This document shows, one piece after another, positions 1 through 9,476 of a stretch of DNA of 64,000 nucleotides. The translations under genes were made by a program, and so were the position numbers. The stretch comes from Trueperaceae bacterium (lineage in GTDB: Bacteria > Deinococcota > Deinococci > Deinococcales > Trueperaceae): the NCBI GenBank assembly GCA_034520945.1, contig JAXHNB010000006.1, positions 416,001-480,000 on the forward strand. Reading direction: 5' to 3'. The notes under the pieces are model-generated. The model saw nothing but the letters and a program-made list of their open reading frames with translations, did no database searches and was not told the DNA's origin. Each line of letters begins with the position of its first letter. Within the stretch, counting starts at the first letter, position 1.

Positions 1-657
1 CCCCTGGGTCGAGAACGTGGCGCAAACGTAGGTGTGGAGGTCGTTGAGAAAGGTGCAAGCCTTCTCCGATTGCGACAAGGCGGCGCTGCGCAGCAGCCAT
101 GTGGCGATGTCCATGCGGTAGGAAATCTCGAGCAAGAACCCTGCGTGCCTGAGCCGGTGTGCCTCGGCTGGGTCGAGGCTCGATGGTGGCTCACCGTTGG
201 GTGTGAGGTAAACGAGGCACCAGTTCTGTTGATGGCGAGCTTCGAGGTAGGCGACGTAGTCCTGCAACTGCTCCGGTTGTTCTGTCGCAAAGGGCTTGTT
301 CTCGATTGCGAGTGCCGACCGTCCGAGGTCCACAACAAGATCGAGGCTTCGCCTGTAGGCGTCGATGCGGGTCGTTGGAACCTCGTAGGCGATGCGAGCG
401 CGTCCTTCGATCGTCAGGTGCGGACAGTTGACCGTCTGCAGAAACGACAGGAGAAGCTCGTCGCCCTGTCCGTGCGTGCCTGCAGGGTCAAGCAAGTCGC
501 CGAGCACCTTGCTGAGCTGCAGCTCATTGGGCTGCAAGACAGCAAAGGCGTTGAGCCTTCTGGAGGTCTGCCGATCGAGGTCCGCCTGCAACTCATCGTA
601 GAGCTTCAGCTTGCTAGCCAGCTCGTGCGTGAACGCTTGTAGGGCCCGGTCTAGGCT

Positions 658-2118
658 CAATGCCGTTCACTTAGTCTTGACGGGGTGGGTTTGGGCTGGT
701 AGCTTGCGGTGTGGCGAAGCCCGGTCGTGCGAAGAAGGTGGAGCGCGAGTTCGGGGTTGCGGATTTGGTGGGGTTCGGGTTTCTGGCGGCGTTCTTTCCG
801 CCGGTGCTGGTGGATCGGGTGTTGCGGGAGTGTGGGCGTCTGGAGCAGCGTTCGCGGCTTTTGCCCTCGCGGGTGGTGGTGTATTACGTGCTGGCGATGG
901 GGTTGTTCGCGTCGGCGGGGTACCGGGAGTTGTTCCGGTTGTTGGTGGAGGGGTTGCGGTCGTTCGATCCGTCGGTGCCGGTGGTGATTCCGCAGAAGTC
1001 GGCGTTTTCGAAGGCGCGGGCGCGGGTGGGGTCGGAACCGCTGCAGCGCTTGTTCGAGGAGACGGTGGCGCCGATGGCGCAGCCGGAATCGCAGGGCGCG
1101 TGGTATCGCTCGTGGCGGTTGATGAGCGTGGATGGCAGCACGCTGGAGGTGCCGGACACGCCGGAGAACGCCGAGGAGTTCGGTCGTCCGGGCGTGTCGC
1201 GGGGTGAGCGGAGCGCGTACCCGCGGGTGCGGTGGGTGGCGCTCGGCGAGGTGGGCACGCGCGCCATCGTGGGCCTGTCCGCGGGGGCGTACGGGGTTTC
1301 TGAGTTGACGCTTGCGAAGCCGTTGCTGGCGCACTTGCAGCCGGGGATGTTGTGCCTGTGCGACCGGGCGTACTTCGGGTTTCACGCCTGGCAGGAGGCC
1401 CACGCGAGTGGTGCTGAACTGTTGTGGCGCCTCAAAGGCAACGCAGTGTTCCCCGTCGATAAGCGCCTGCCGGACGGGTCGTTCTTGAGTCAGGTGTTCG
1501 AAAGCCCGAACGATCGCCGCAAGGGCCTACCGGGCGTACCGGTCCGGATCCTCGAGTACGCGCTCGACGATCCCGGCAGGCCGCAGGCGGCGCAGCGGTA
1601 CCGCTTGGCGACCACGATCCTGGACCCCAAGGAGGCGCCGGCGCACGAGTTGGCTTCGCTGTACGCGAAGCGTTGGGACATCGAGATCAGCATCAAGGAG
1701 GTCAAGGCCAGCCAGGGCGGCACCCACCTGGTGCTGCGCAGCCGCAAGCCCGACGGTGTGATCCAGGAACTCTACGGCTTCGCCTGCGTCCATTACGCCA
1801 TCCGCTGGCTCCTCCACCAGGCCGCGCTCGGCAGCAACGTCGACCCCGACAGGCTCTCCTTCACGGGCGGCCTGCGCGCCATGCGACGCAAACTCTCCAG
1901 ACCCGAGAGCTTTTCCCCCCACGACCCGAACCACGCTGATTCATGAAGCGATCCACGAAATCCTTTCCGAACCGAATCCCGCACGACTCCGCTCCTGCCC
2001 CCGCGTCGTCAAGCGCGCCGTCACGTACTACCCACCCAAACGCACCAAGCACGCCAACTGGCCGCAACCCACCAAGACGCCCGACCAAGCCATCACCATC
2101 CTTAAGTGAACGGCATTG
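658..2118 (+). mobile_element. IS4-family insertion sequence
   Basis: Terminal IRs CAATGCCGTTCACTTA (658) and TAAGTGAACGGCATTG (ends 2118); 10-bp direct repeat GGTCTAGGCT at 648-657 and 2119-2128. Confidence 0.95.
711..1946 (+). CDS. IS4 family DDE transposase (possible frameshift extension to 2109)
   Basis: SVDGS, LCDRAY, YAKRWDIE motifs; lies within the IRs. Confidence 0.93.
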   Translation: MAKPGRAKKVEREFGVADLVGFGFLAAFFPPVLVDRVLRECGRLEQRSRLLPSRVVVYYVLAMGLFASAGYRELFRLLVEGLRSFDPSVPVVIPQKSAFSKARARVGSEPLQRLFEETVAPMAQPESQGAWYRSWRLMSVDGSTLEVPDTPENAEEFGRPGVSRGERSAYPRVRWVALGEVGTRAIVGLSAGAYGVSELTLAKPLLAHLQPGMLCLCDRAYFGFHAWQEAHASGAELLWRLKGNAVFPVDKRLPDGSFLSQVFESPNDRRKGLPGVPVRILEYALDDPGRPQAAQRYRLATTILDPKEAPAHELASLYAKRWDIEISIKEVKASQGGTHLVLRSRKPDGVIQELYGFACVHYAIRWLLHQAALGSNVDPDRLSFTGGLRAMRRKLSRPESFSPHDPNHADS

Positions 2119-2228
2119 GGTCTAGGCTGGGCTCAGTCATCGCTACCTCCGCCTTCTAGTGGCACTCCGTCGCGTGCGCTAGCCGGTTTCGGTGTTGGCG
2201 TCGAGGTGCGTAGACGTACAGGCCGGCG

Positions 2229-2972
2229 TTACTTCCAGTTGAAGTCGATCGGTGGCCCTTCAGGGCTGTACATCGTGTCGAGGTAGCACGTGATGCCATA
2301 GTCCGTCATATAGGGGAAGCCGTCGGCGTAGGGCACGCGAACGGTCTGGGAGCCTGGGTCGAGATCCACGATCGTCCAGAAGTCCATCGGGAGGTTCTCG
2401 AACGTATCCTCGATGCACTCGAGGCCGATTCGGACGGCTTCGATTGTCTCGTCTGCCTCGACCGTCACGTTGTACATGGTGAGGGTTGGGTAGTCCGTGT
2501 ACCGAGGGATCGAGAAGCCCGTTGACGTCACCGTCACCGTTTCCTGTACAGTCTGGAACGCAAGTGAGAAGGGCGAGCCAAGGAAGTTGCCTGCTTCGTC
2601 CTTCGCAGCTCCATCGATACGTAGGCGGTAGGTGGTGTCGTGGCTGAGTTGTTGGGCGGGATTACATGTCACGCGCGTGGCGCTCGCATTCCAGAGGTAG
2701 CTGCATGCTAGCGCGGTTTGGTCGAGCGTTTCTGTCTGGGGTTCGATGGTGATCGCGCGCTCGACGCTGGCCTTATCCATCGCTTCAGTGAACGTGATCT
2801 GTATGGAAGAGCCGACAGGCACGTCGCCTGAGCCGTTCGCTGGGCTCGTGAAGCTCACGCTCGGCGGGGTGTTATCCACTGGCGGGGTTGGCGATTCGCT
2901 AACGGAGTTGCATGCGGATAGGACAAGTAGTCCTGCCGAAATGCCGGTCAACAACACGCTTCGCATGCCCAC
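2229..2972 (-). CDS. Lipoprotein with bacterial Ig-like (Big_5-type) domain
   Basis: Lipobox LSAC; DNTPPSV..SP.NG..V...I.ITF.E.M and KDEAGN pattern. Confidence 0.75.
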   Translation of the reverse strand: MGMRSVLLTGISAGLLVLSACNSVSESPTPPVDNTPPSVSFTSPANGSGDVPVGSSIQITFTEAMDKASVERAITIEPQTETLDQTALACSYLWNASATRVTCNPAQQLSHDTTYRLRIDGAAKDEAGNFLGSPFSLAFQTVQETVTVTSTGFSIPRYTDYPTLTMYNVTVEADETIEAVRIGLECIEDTFENLPMDFWTIVDLDPGSQTVRVPYADGFPYMTDYGITCYLDTMYSPEGPPIDFNWK

Positions 2973-3352
2973 AGCCTACCTCCCCGTCTGATGTGGAGGC
3001 ATGATGCCACGCCGGTGTCGGCGTGTCACGGGACAATTGCACCTAGGTTTACGGCTTCAGCTACCGTGGTGCGCAGGTACGTTCGTAGGGATCCAGAACG
3101 ACCGCGATATCGAGTCCCGATGTCGAGATCGCGCGAACGGTGTCGGCGGTGGGCGGGTCACCCAATGGGTGGCACGCGGGATGTAGAACGAGCCTCTGAG
3201 CAAGTGGCGTCCCGCAGGTTCTGTAACTTCCCCCACCTGGGGGAAGTTACAGATGGGATGTAGAGGCCGCCCTCCGCCTGACGCAGTCACCCGTCGCGGG
3301 GCTGCTCTACCCTGTGGTGACGGGCTGGGTTGGCCCGGAAGGGAGGACGGCC

Positions 3353-4429
3353 ATGATCCAGGATACGTCTTCGGTTTCGCCTTGCATCGCAGGGGTCGAC
3401 ATTGGGGACGACACCTCCAGCGTGTGCATCTTGGATGCGGCATCGGGAGACGTGCTGGAGGAAACCCGCGTTCGGACGCGCGTGGCGGACGTGGAGCGGT
3501 ACTTCGCGCGGTTGGACCCATTGCGTGTCGCCATTGAGACCGGGACGCACTCGTCGTGGATCGCGCGCGCCATCAGCGACGCGGGGCAAGACGTCACGAT
3601 CGCCAACGCCGCGCACGTCCGGTTGATTCACGGCAGCAAACGCAAGAACGACCGGCTGGACGCCGAGAAACTCGGGCGCCTCCTCCGGTACGACCGGGCG
3701 TTGCTCGCGCCCATCACGCACCGGGGTCGCGCCGCGCAACTGGACCTTTCCGTTCTCCGTGCACGGGACGCGCTGGTCAGGGCGCGCACGCTCCTGATCA
3801 ACCACGTGCGCGGGGTGGTGAAGTCCTACGGGCAGCGCATCCCCAAGTGCGAGACGAGCGCGTTCTCCAAGCACGCCGCCTCGCACGTTCCCCCGGACCT
3901 GCTGCCCGCCCTGCAACCGCAGATCGAGGCGATCGCGCACCTCACAGAGCAGATCCGCAGCGCCGATCGGCGCGTAGCGGAGCTGTGCCGCACGACCCAC
4001 CCCGAGACGGCCGTCCTGACGCAAGTACACGGCGTGGCCGAAACCACCGCCTTGACGTACGTCCTCACTCTCGAAGACCCCAACAGGTTCCACCGCAGTC
4101 GCGACGTCGGCGCGTACCTCGGTCTCACACCCGGCCAACGACAATCCGGCGGCAGGGATCCCGATAGGCACATCACCAAGGCCGGCGATCGTGCGCTACG
4201 CAGGCTGCTGATTCAGTGCGCCCAACGCATCCTCGGCAAGCGCGGCATCGACAGTGACCTCAAGCGGCACGGGCAACGCATCATGCAACCCGGCACCAAG
4301 GAGGCGAAACGACGTGCCGTGGTCGCCGTCGCCCGCAAGCTCGCCATCCTCCTGCATCGACTCTGGATCACCGGCGAGGTGTACGAACCGCTCCACAACA
4401 ACCAACCGAAACCGACCCCCTTGACGTGA
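3353..4429 (+). CDS. IS110 family transposase (DEDD recombinase)
   Basis: AGVDIG, AIETG, KNDRLDA, GLTPGQRQSGG motifs; GGAGG RBS. Confidence 0.95.
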   Translation: MIQDTSSVSPCIAGVDIGDDTSSVCILDAASGDVLEETRVRTRVADVERYFARLDPLRVAIETGTHSSWIARAISDAGQDVTIANAAHVRLIHGSKRKNDRLDAEKLGRLLRYDRALLAPITHRGRAAQLDLSVLRARDALVRARTLLINHVRGVVKSYGQRIPKCETSAFSKHAASHVPPDLLPALQPQIEAIAHLTEQIRSADRRVAELCRTTHPETAVLTQVHGVAETTALTYVLTLEDPNRFHRSRDVGAYLGLTPGQRQSGGRDPDRHITKAGDRALRRLLIQCAQRILGKRGIDSDLKRHGQRIMQPGTKEAKRRAVVAVARKLAILLHRLWITGEVYEPLHNNQPKPTPLT

Positions 4430-4489
4430 GTTGAGTTCGCGCTCGGCGCGCGGCACGGACGAGGATCGCACCTGGGGCGTGCCCACCTT

Positions 4490-4700
4490 CCGGGACGGGT
4501 GACTGCGACGGCTGGCTCTGGCTCTACGAAGCCGCTTTACAGAGTGCAGCACCCAACTTGGATGTACCCCACCCTGCACCGAGCCGACCTACCGGCTCAC
4601 CACGAGTGCGCATGGAAGAACAAGGCAAGGGCACCCCCGCATCAAGGCGCGCACCCCGCCCGCCACCGCCAGGCGCGACCGGCCCGTCAAGAACTACAAA
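4490..4700 (+). ncRNA. Putative bridge/seek RNA of the IS1111 element (boundaries approximate)
   Basis: Non-coding right end contains TTACAGA (4537-4543, equal to target flank plus core) and CATGGAAGA (4611-4619, equal to IS right end plus core); stem GTGCAG/CTGCAC. Confidence 0.6.
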
Positions 4701-5078
4701 CCGCACCCAAGCAAACGCGGCGAAAACCACACCCCCCGCGTCGGCGCCAACCTACGTTGACACGAAGCGGCCTCAACATGGAAGAACCTGCGGGACGCCA
4801 CTGCATAATCGCTTCGTCAATCAGGGCTCGAGCTTCAGCCTCATCTTCAGCTACGAACTCGAAGCACATGGGGTCCCGGATATCGCCACGGCACTCGTCA
4901 AGCACGACCCCACTCGTATGGCTCGCAGCAGAATAGACGAGGTCCCGCGGCGACCACGCAACGAGGAAGAAGCAACTTAAAGCCACAAGTACGACGCGCA
5001 CGGCTTCTACGTTAGCCGGGGCATGTAGCCTTGGGCGCCATAGCTGCCGGCACATTAAGATTAGTTGTCATTTGGACC

Positions 5079-6209
5079 CTAGTGGAGAGCCGTGCGCGGC
5101 TGCTCGCCCGGAGCCGTCTCCGCCTCGGCTACCGCCCTAACTACATTGGCGACATGAGTGGCCACTTCGTCCAGTGGGGCGTTACGCTCGAACCGGGCGG
5201 TCACAGGACGACTGCCATTCAAGGCCGTCGTGCCGGCCTCTACCAAGAACGGCGCGTCGCGCTCCGCCAACCACTCAGCCAGTTCATTCGCAGCCAATTT
5301 CTCGCCGATTGCGCGTCGCTGGAAGACCGTCACCTCCCAACCGTACGTGCCGATCCAAGCGTCGATCGCCACCACCGCTCCCGACTGAAAGTCGATGTCG
5401 TATACCGAGGAGCCTTCCAACTCGCCGGGCACGCGCCAGTACCGCGTTTGCAGTTTGTTACTCACCTCCGCGGTCACCAGTTCCTCGACGTGCGCCCGGA
5501 GTTCATTCCCCTTCAAGCGATTCTCGCTCGCAAAGGAGTCCGCAGCGCGGAGTAAGGCCAAGACGTCATCCTCACGCTTCTTCAGGAGTTCGAGCACGGC
5601 TGGATTCATCCGGATTCCCTTTCGTAGATTCTCCATGGTCTTCAAGAAGTCGAGTGTGAACGTCACGTACTGCGCAGGCACGTCGGCCGCGTGCAAACCA
5701 AGATCCCGTCGTACGCGACCCATCAGCTGCGCGTAGGTGACCACCACAACCCCCGCTGGCACCTGCTTCTGGGGCTCGTGCAAGCACAACAGGATCAATG
5801 CCACCTGGCGCCCCTTAGCCTTACGCTCCAAGTGACCTAGGTACTCGTCCATCGGGTTGTAGACCGGCGCAAAGACCTTGTTCTCCACACCAATCAGGTG
5901 AGCATCCGCGTCGATCACCAGGTCGATCCGGTAGCCGCTGGACGTCCCCACCTCACGCTCCACCCCCAAGACCGAGACCCCCTCGAAACCCAACGGTTCC
6001 GTCAACGCCTCGAGGAACAAGCCCTCCAGGCCATGCCCCTCCGCCGGGTCCAGGAAGTACCGCAAGAGGTTGCTTGCGACGTTCTCGTAGCTCGGGTAGC
6101 CCGCCGCTTCGAGAAGCGTTGAGGGTGTGGCGCTCGCACCACGGATCCGCCCAAACTCCTCCAAGAGCGACTCAAATCGAGTAACGTCGTCCACCTCGGT
6201 AGTTTTCAT
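5079..6209 (-). CDS. PD-(D/E)XK nuclease family protein
   Basis: ENVASNLLRYFLDP..GHGL..LFL and RIDLVID...GVENKVFA motifs. Confidence 0.85.
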   Translation of the reverse strand: MKTTEVDDVTRFESLLEEFGRIRGASATPSTLLEAAGYPSYENVASNLLRYFLDPAEGHGLEGLFLEALTEPLGFEGVSVLGVEREVGTSSGYRIDLVIDADAHLIGVENKVFAPVYNPMDEYLGHLERKAKGRQVALILLCLHEPQKQVPAGVVVVTYAQLMGRVRRDLGLHAADVPAQYVTFTLDFLKTMENLRKGIRMNPAVLELLKKREDDVLALLRAADSFASENRLKGNELRAHVEELVTAEVSNKLQTRYWRVPGELEGSSVYDIDFQSGAVVAIDAWIGTYGWEVTVFQRRAIGEKLAANELAEWLAERDAPFLVEAGTTALNGSRPVTARFERNAPLDEVATHVANVVRAVAEAETAPGEQPRTALH

Positions 6210-6444
6210 TCATGCCTCCAACAACACGGCGACACTAACACCGCTCCACTAACGACAAATGCACGCGCCAGGGCTCGAACTGGGGTGGAATGGCGCACTG
6301 GTGCGAAGCCTCTAGAAGATCTCTTTGGGTAGCTGACGATGGTTCCGATACGGCCTGCCGACCCTGGGGGTCGCCGGCACGATGGACTCCGAGACGTGCC
6401 ATTGCCGCGGCGATACGCCCGAGTTGTGCATACCCACCCCCTAG

Positions 6445-7393
6445 GAGGCTGTGTGCGTACCTGCCCGCATTATGCATGAAGGGGCGGGGGTGTCGGGGCC
6501 GTCCGGTCCGGGGGTCCGGGGTGCCTTGAAGTGGTAGGATGTTCGTACTGGACGTTGTTCTTTCCGTCTCGTGCGTGTGTTTTTGGGGGTGTCGTGAAGC
6601 GTTTCCTTCCCTTCGATCCGGACCAACCATTGCTGTTGCCGCCCGACCTTCGTGAGGCCCTGCCGGACGGCCATCCGGCATTGCTGATCGACGAGCTGGT
6701 GGACCAGCTGGACTTGAGCGAGATTTACGAGGGGTTGCAGGACGGCGAGTGGGGCGGGAAGCCGGGGTTCGACCCGCGCGTGATGGTCCGCATTTGGTTG
6801 TACGCCTACCTGCTGGGGATCCGGTCGTCGCGGCAGGTGGCGAAGGCGACGGTGGAGAACATCGCGTTCCGCGTGATCGCCCGCAACCAAACGCCCGGGC
6901 ACTGGGCGTTGAACCGGTTCCGGACACGCCACCGACAGGCATTGGGGAATCTGCTGACGCAGAGTGTGCAGGTCGCTGCGAACCTGGGGCTCGTGAGCCT
7001 CGCGAACGTCGCGATCGACGGCACCAAGATCAAAGCGAACGCCAGCAAGCACAAGGCGATGAGTTACGGCCGCATGGACGCCACCGAGGAACGCTTACGG
7101 ACCGAGATCGAGGGGTTCCTTGACGAGTGCGACGAGCAGGACGAGAAGGACGAGGAGACGTACGGTCCTGAAGATGACGGCATGAGCCTGCCCGAGGGCT
7201 TGCGGGACAAGCAGGCGCGCCGCGCCAAGATTGCGCAGGCGAAACGGCAGTTGGAGGAACGCGCGAAGGACCACAAGGAACGCGAGCAACAGAAACGCCG
7301 GGACGCCGCGAAGCGAGAGGGCAAAACGTACACGCCCCGCACCAGTGCTGAGGACGCCACCCCCCAGGATTCCGACCAGATCAACTTCACCGA
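6445..7393 (+). pseudogene. Truncated IS1182-family element (transposase from 6594, cut at QINFTD)
   Basis: PLLLPPDLREALP, GIRSSR, AIDGTKIKANASKHK motifs; similarity stops at 7393 where the RIT end begins; likely left end GAGGCTGT after CTAG. Confidence 0.85.
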
Positions 7394-7483
7394 TAACGTT
7401 GAGCGTGCAGTTATGTTGAGTGTCGGCGTCGATATCCGTTCTTGACGGGATTCTGCGCTGGGACACTCAACATCACGTTGTGC

Positions 7484-8494
7484 TTACAGTTGTTCGAGCC
7501 AGGTGAGGAGGTCGGGAGTCTGCTTCCATGAAGCGGTGCTGTACTCGGGGGTCTTGCCGTTTGGTGCGCAGGTTTCGATGGCTTTGCGTTTGGTGTTGAG
7601 ATCTATTTCTGCGTAGATGTTGGTTGTGCGGAGGTCCACGTGTCCGAGCCAAGCGCGGATGACGTTGATGTCGACGCCTGAATTGAGGAGATGCACGGCG
7701 CTGGTATGACGGATTGTGTGCGGTGAGATGCGTTTCCTGGCCAGTGTCGGGAGTTGCTGTGCTGCTTTGGTGGCATGCTTCTTCAGGATGTGGTCGACGC
7801 CGAAGCGGGTAATGGCCTGCTTGCGGTCGTTCAGGAATACGCGCGCGTCGCTTTGGGCGGGGATGCGGTTATCGTTGAGCAGGGTGTTCAGTGTGTCGGC
7901 AGTGGTTTGCCAGAGCGGGCAAATGCGTTCTTTGCTGCGTTTACCGTAGAGAAGTACCTGCCGGGGTCGCGTGAGCTGCAGGTCGCGAGCGCGTACGGTG
8001 GTCAGCTCCTGCACGCGGGCACCGGTATTGTAGAGGAAGAGAAGCATAGCGTGATCGCGACGTCCTGAAGGTGTGTTGCGGTCGGGTGTGGCGAGAATGG
8101 CCTGCATCTCGTTTAGTTCGAGGTAGTCGATGGTTTGAACGGGTGCTCGTTTTCGCGGCAGGGTGCAGATTCGTCGGCATTGCTCGGCGAGGGTTGGCTC
8201 TTCGGCGGCGGCGTAGTGGAAGAAGCTGCGCAGCGCGGCGAGACGGTTGTTCCTGGTGATGATCTGGTTACCGCGATCGCGTTCGAGGTGGTCGAGGAAG
8301 CCTGCGATCATGTTCACATCGAGATCGTTGAAGGTGAGCTTGACGACGGGCCGGTTCGTTCGTTGGGAGGCGTAGCGCAGCAGCAGTTTGATTGCGTCAC
8401 GGTAGCTGTGGAGGGTCTGGGCACTGAAGCCGCGGCGTGGCAGGACGAGAGTGAAGTAGCTCTGGATCAGTTCTGTCAGTCCCCTCGTCTTCAT
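7484..8494 (-). CDS. Tyrosine recombinase (RitC-like)
   Basis: RNNRLAALRSFF, NTGAR, HTIRH, WLGH..TTNIY catalytic set intact; ATGA overlap with the upstream gene. Confidence 0.9.
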   Translation of the reverse strand: MKTRGLTELIQSYFTLVLPRRGFSAQTLHSYRDAIKLLLRYASQRTNRPVVKLTFNDLDVNMIAGFLDHLERDRGNQIITRNNRLAALRSFFHYAAAEEPTLAEQCRRICTLPRKRAPVQTIDYLELNEMQAILATPDRNTPSGRRDHAMLLFLYNTGARVQELTTVRARDLQLTRPRQVLLYGKRSKERICPLWQTTADTLNTLLNDNRIPAQSDARVFLNDRKQAITRFGVDHILKKHATKAAQQLPTLARKRISPHTIRHTSAVHLLNSGVDINVIRAWLGHVDLRTTNIYAEIDLNTKRKAIETCAPNGKTPEYSTASWKQTPDLLTWLEQL

Positions 8495-8697
8495 GGCGCA
8501 CATCGGGAAGGCGGAGCGCAATTGTCCTCGAAGCGGCGACCGGCCTGAACCAGCGTGTCGCTGGTGATCGTGGCGTAGTACTGGGTGGTGGTGATGTCCT
8601 TATGCCCCATGTAGGTAGCCAGTAGGGGCAGGAGGTTCTGAACATCGCGGCCTTGTTCGTACCATCGGGCGATCCTGTGCGCGGCAAACGTGTGACG
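8491..8697 (-). pseudogene. C-terminal fragment of tyrosine recombinase (RitB-like)
   Basis: RHTFAAHRIARWYEQG...LLATYMGH...TQYY; begins abruptly at the catalytic RH. Confidence 0.85.
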
Positions 8698-8719
8698 GTT
8701 ATCCCGCGCGCGGGATAAG

Positions 8720-8920
8720 CGGCATTCCTGCGCGACCCTGATGCTGGAGAACGGCGCGCACCCGAAGATCGTCGCCGAACGCCTCGGGCACAGCTCCACA
8801 AAGTTGACGCTGGACACGTACTCGCACGTCACGCCGACCGTGCAGGACGCCGCGACGAAGCAACTCGGCGGCCTTGTCTATGCCACCCCTGACAGTGAGG
8901 AGGTGAGGCCCGTAAACTGA
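8720..8920 (+). pseudogene. C-terminal fragment of phage/island-type integrase
   Basis: RHSCATLMLENGAHPKIVAERLGHSSTKLTLDTYSHV; ends ~100 bp from the tRNA 3' end. Confidence 0.88.
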
Positions 8921-9024
8921 GCCCGGAAGGTGTGCGCACACTATGCGCACACAAAGGCCGATGCGCGGCCTCCGGCAAGAGACTCCGCGCATCGACGTTC
9001 CAGCGTCCTGGACGGACTTTCTGG

Positions 9025-9100
9025 TGGTGGGTCGTGTAGGACTCGAACCTACAACCAGCTGATTAAGAGTCAGCGGCTCTACCAATTGAGCTAACGACCC
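9025..9100 (-). tRNA. tRNA-Lys(CTT)
   Basis: GGGTCGTTAGCTCAATTGGTAGAGC...CTCTTAA...GGTTCGAGTCC...ACCA, 76 nt. Confidence 0.97.
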
Positions 9101-9476
9101 GCGCGCACGCGGCGAGTAGTGTAGCGCATGCCGGCGCTGCGCGGCAATGCTCTGCATGCCAAATGCGACGCGCGCCAGCGGGACACCGGTCGCCCACGAG
9201 GCTGCGTCGCTACACGGCTCCGCCGCCCTGTTGCGAGCTCACCCACGCCACCCCGTCGCCGGTGGCGCCCCGCACGCGGTCGGCGAACTGCGCAGCGTGC
9301 TACGGCGTCGCGGTGCATGGCCAGGGCTGCGTGTTATTCGCGCTGGAGGGAGGTGCGAAGGTGGTCGAGGGGCTCGCGCATACGCCGAGGATGGCACGCA
9401 CACGGCAGGCGGGCGGACCCGACGGCGAATGACTAGACTCGTGGACGAAGTCCAGGCGGGCGTGTAGGCTTGCATC

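Larger units (their letters stand above)
1..2140 (-). pseudogene. PD-(D/E)XK nuclease family protein split by IS4 after about 7 codons; 3' end runs off the window
   Basis: ATG at 2140 with GGAGG RBS. Removing the IS and one TSD gives MTEPSLDRALQAF...NELQLSKVLGDLLDPAGTHGQGDELLLSFL...LDLVVDLGRSALAIENKPFATEQPEQLQDY, open to position 1. Confidence 0.85.
3251..4782 (+). mobile_element. IS110-family, IS1111-type insertion sequence
   Basis: Sub-terminal IRs ATGTAGAGGCCGC (3258-3270) and GCGGCCTCAACAT (4767-4779), 7 and 3 nt from the ends; AGA core at both junctions; TTGACA at 4757; ~350-nt non-coding right end. Confidence 0.9.
3203..4802. repeat. 68-bp perfect palindrome (33-bp arms, CC loop) split by the IS1111 element
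   Basis: 3203-3253 joined to 4786-4802 gives AGTGGCGTCCCGCAGGTTCTGTAACTTCCCCCA-CC-TGGGGGAAGTTACAGAACCTGCGGGACGCCACT, flanked by GCA on both sides. Confidence 0.9.
7394..8697 (-). mobile_element. Remnant RIT (recombinase-in-trio)-like element
   Basis: End TAACGTTGAGCGTGCAGTTATGTTGAGTGTC with internal inverted copy GACACTCAACAT; two overlapping tyrosine recombinase genes. Confidence 0.7.

Noticed and set aside
34..642. 202-aa plus-strand ORF
   Set aside because: Antisense shadow of the IS4-split nuclease on the minus strand
4687..5055. ORF possibly interrupted by the palindrome/IS1111
   Set aside because: Reconstructed joins give no recognisable protein and there is no clear start
2140..6300. 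Integron cassette array (co-oriented minus-strand genes, IS1111 nearby)
   Set aside because: No convincing RYYYAAC...GTTRRRY attC sites and no intI; the palindrome is perfect, unlike attC
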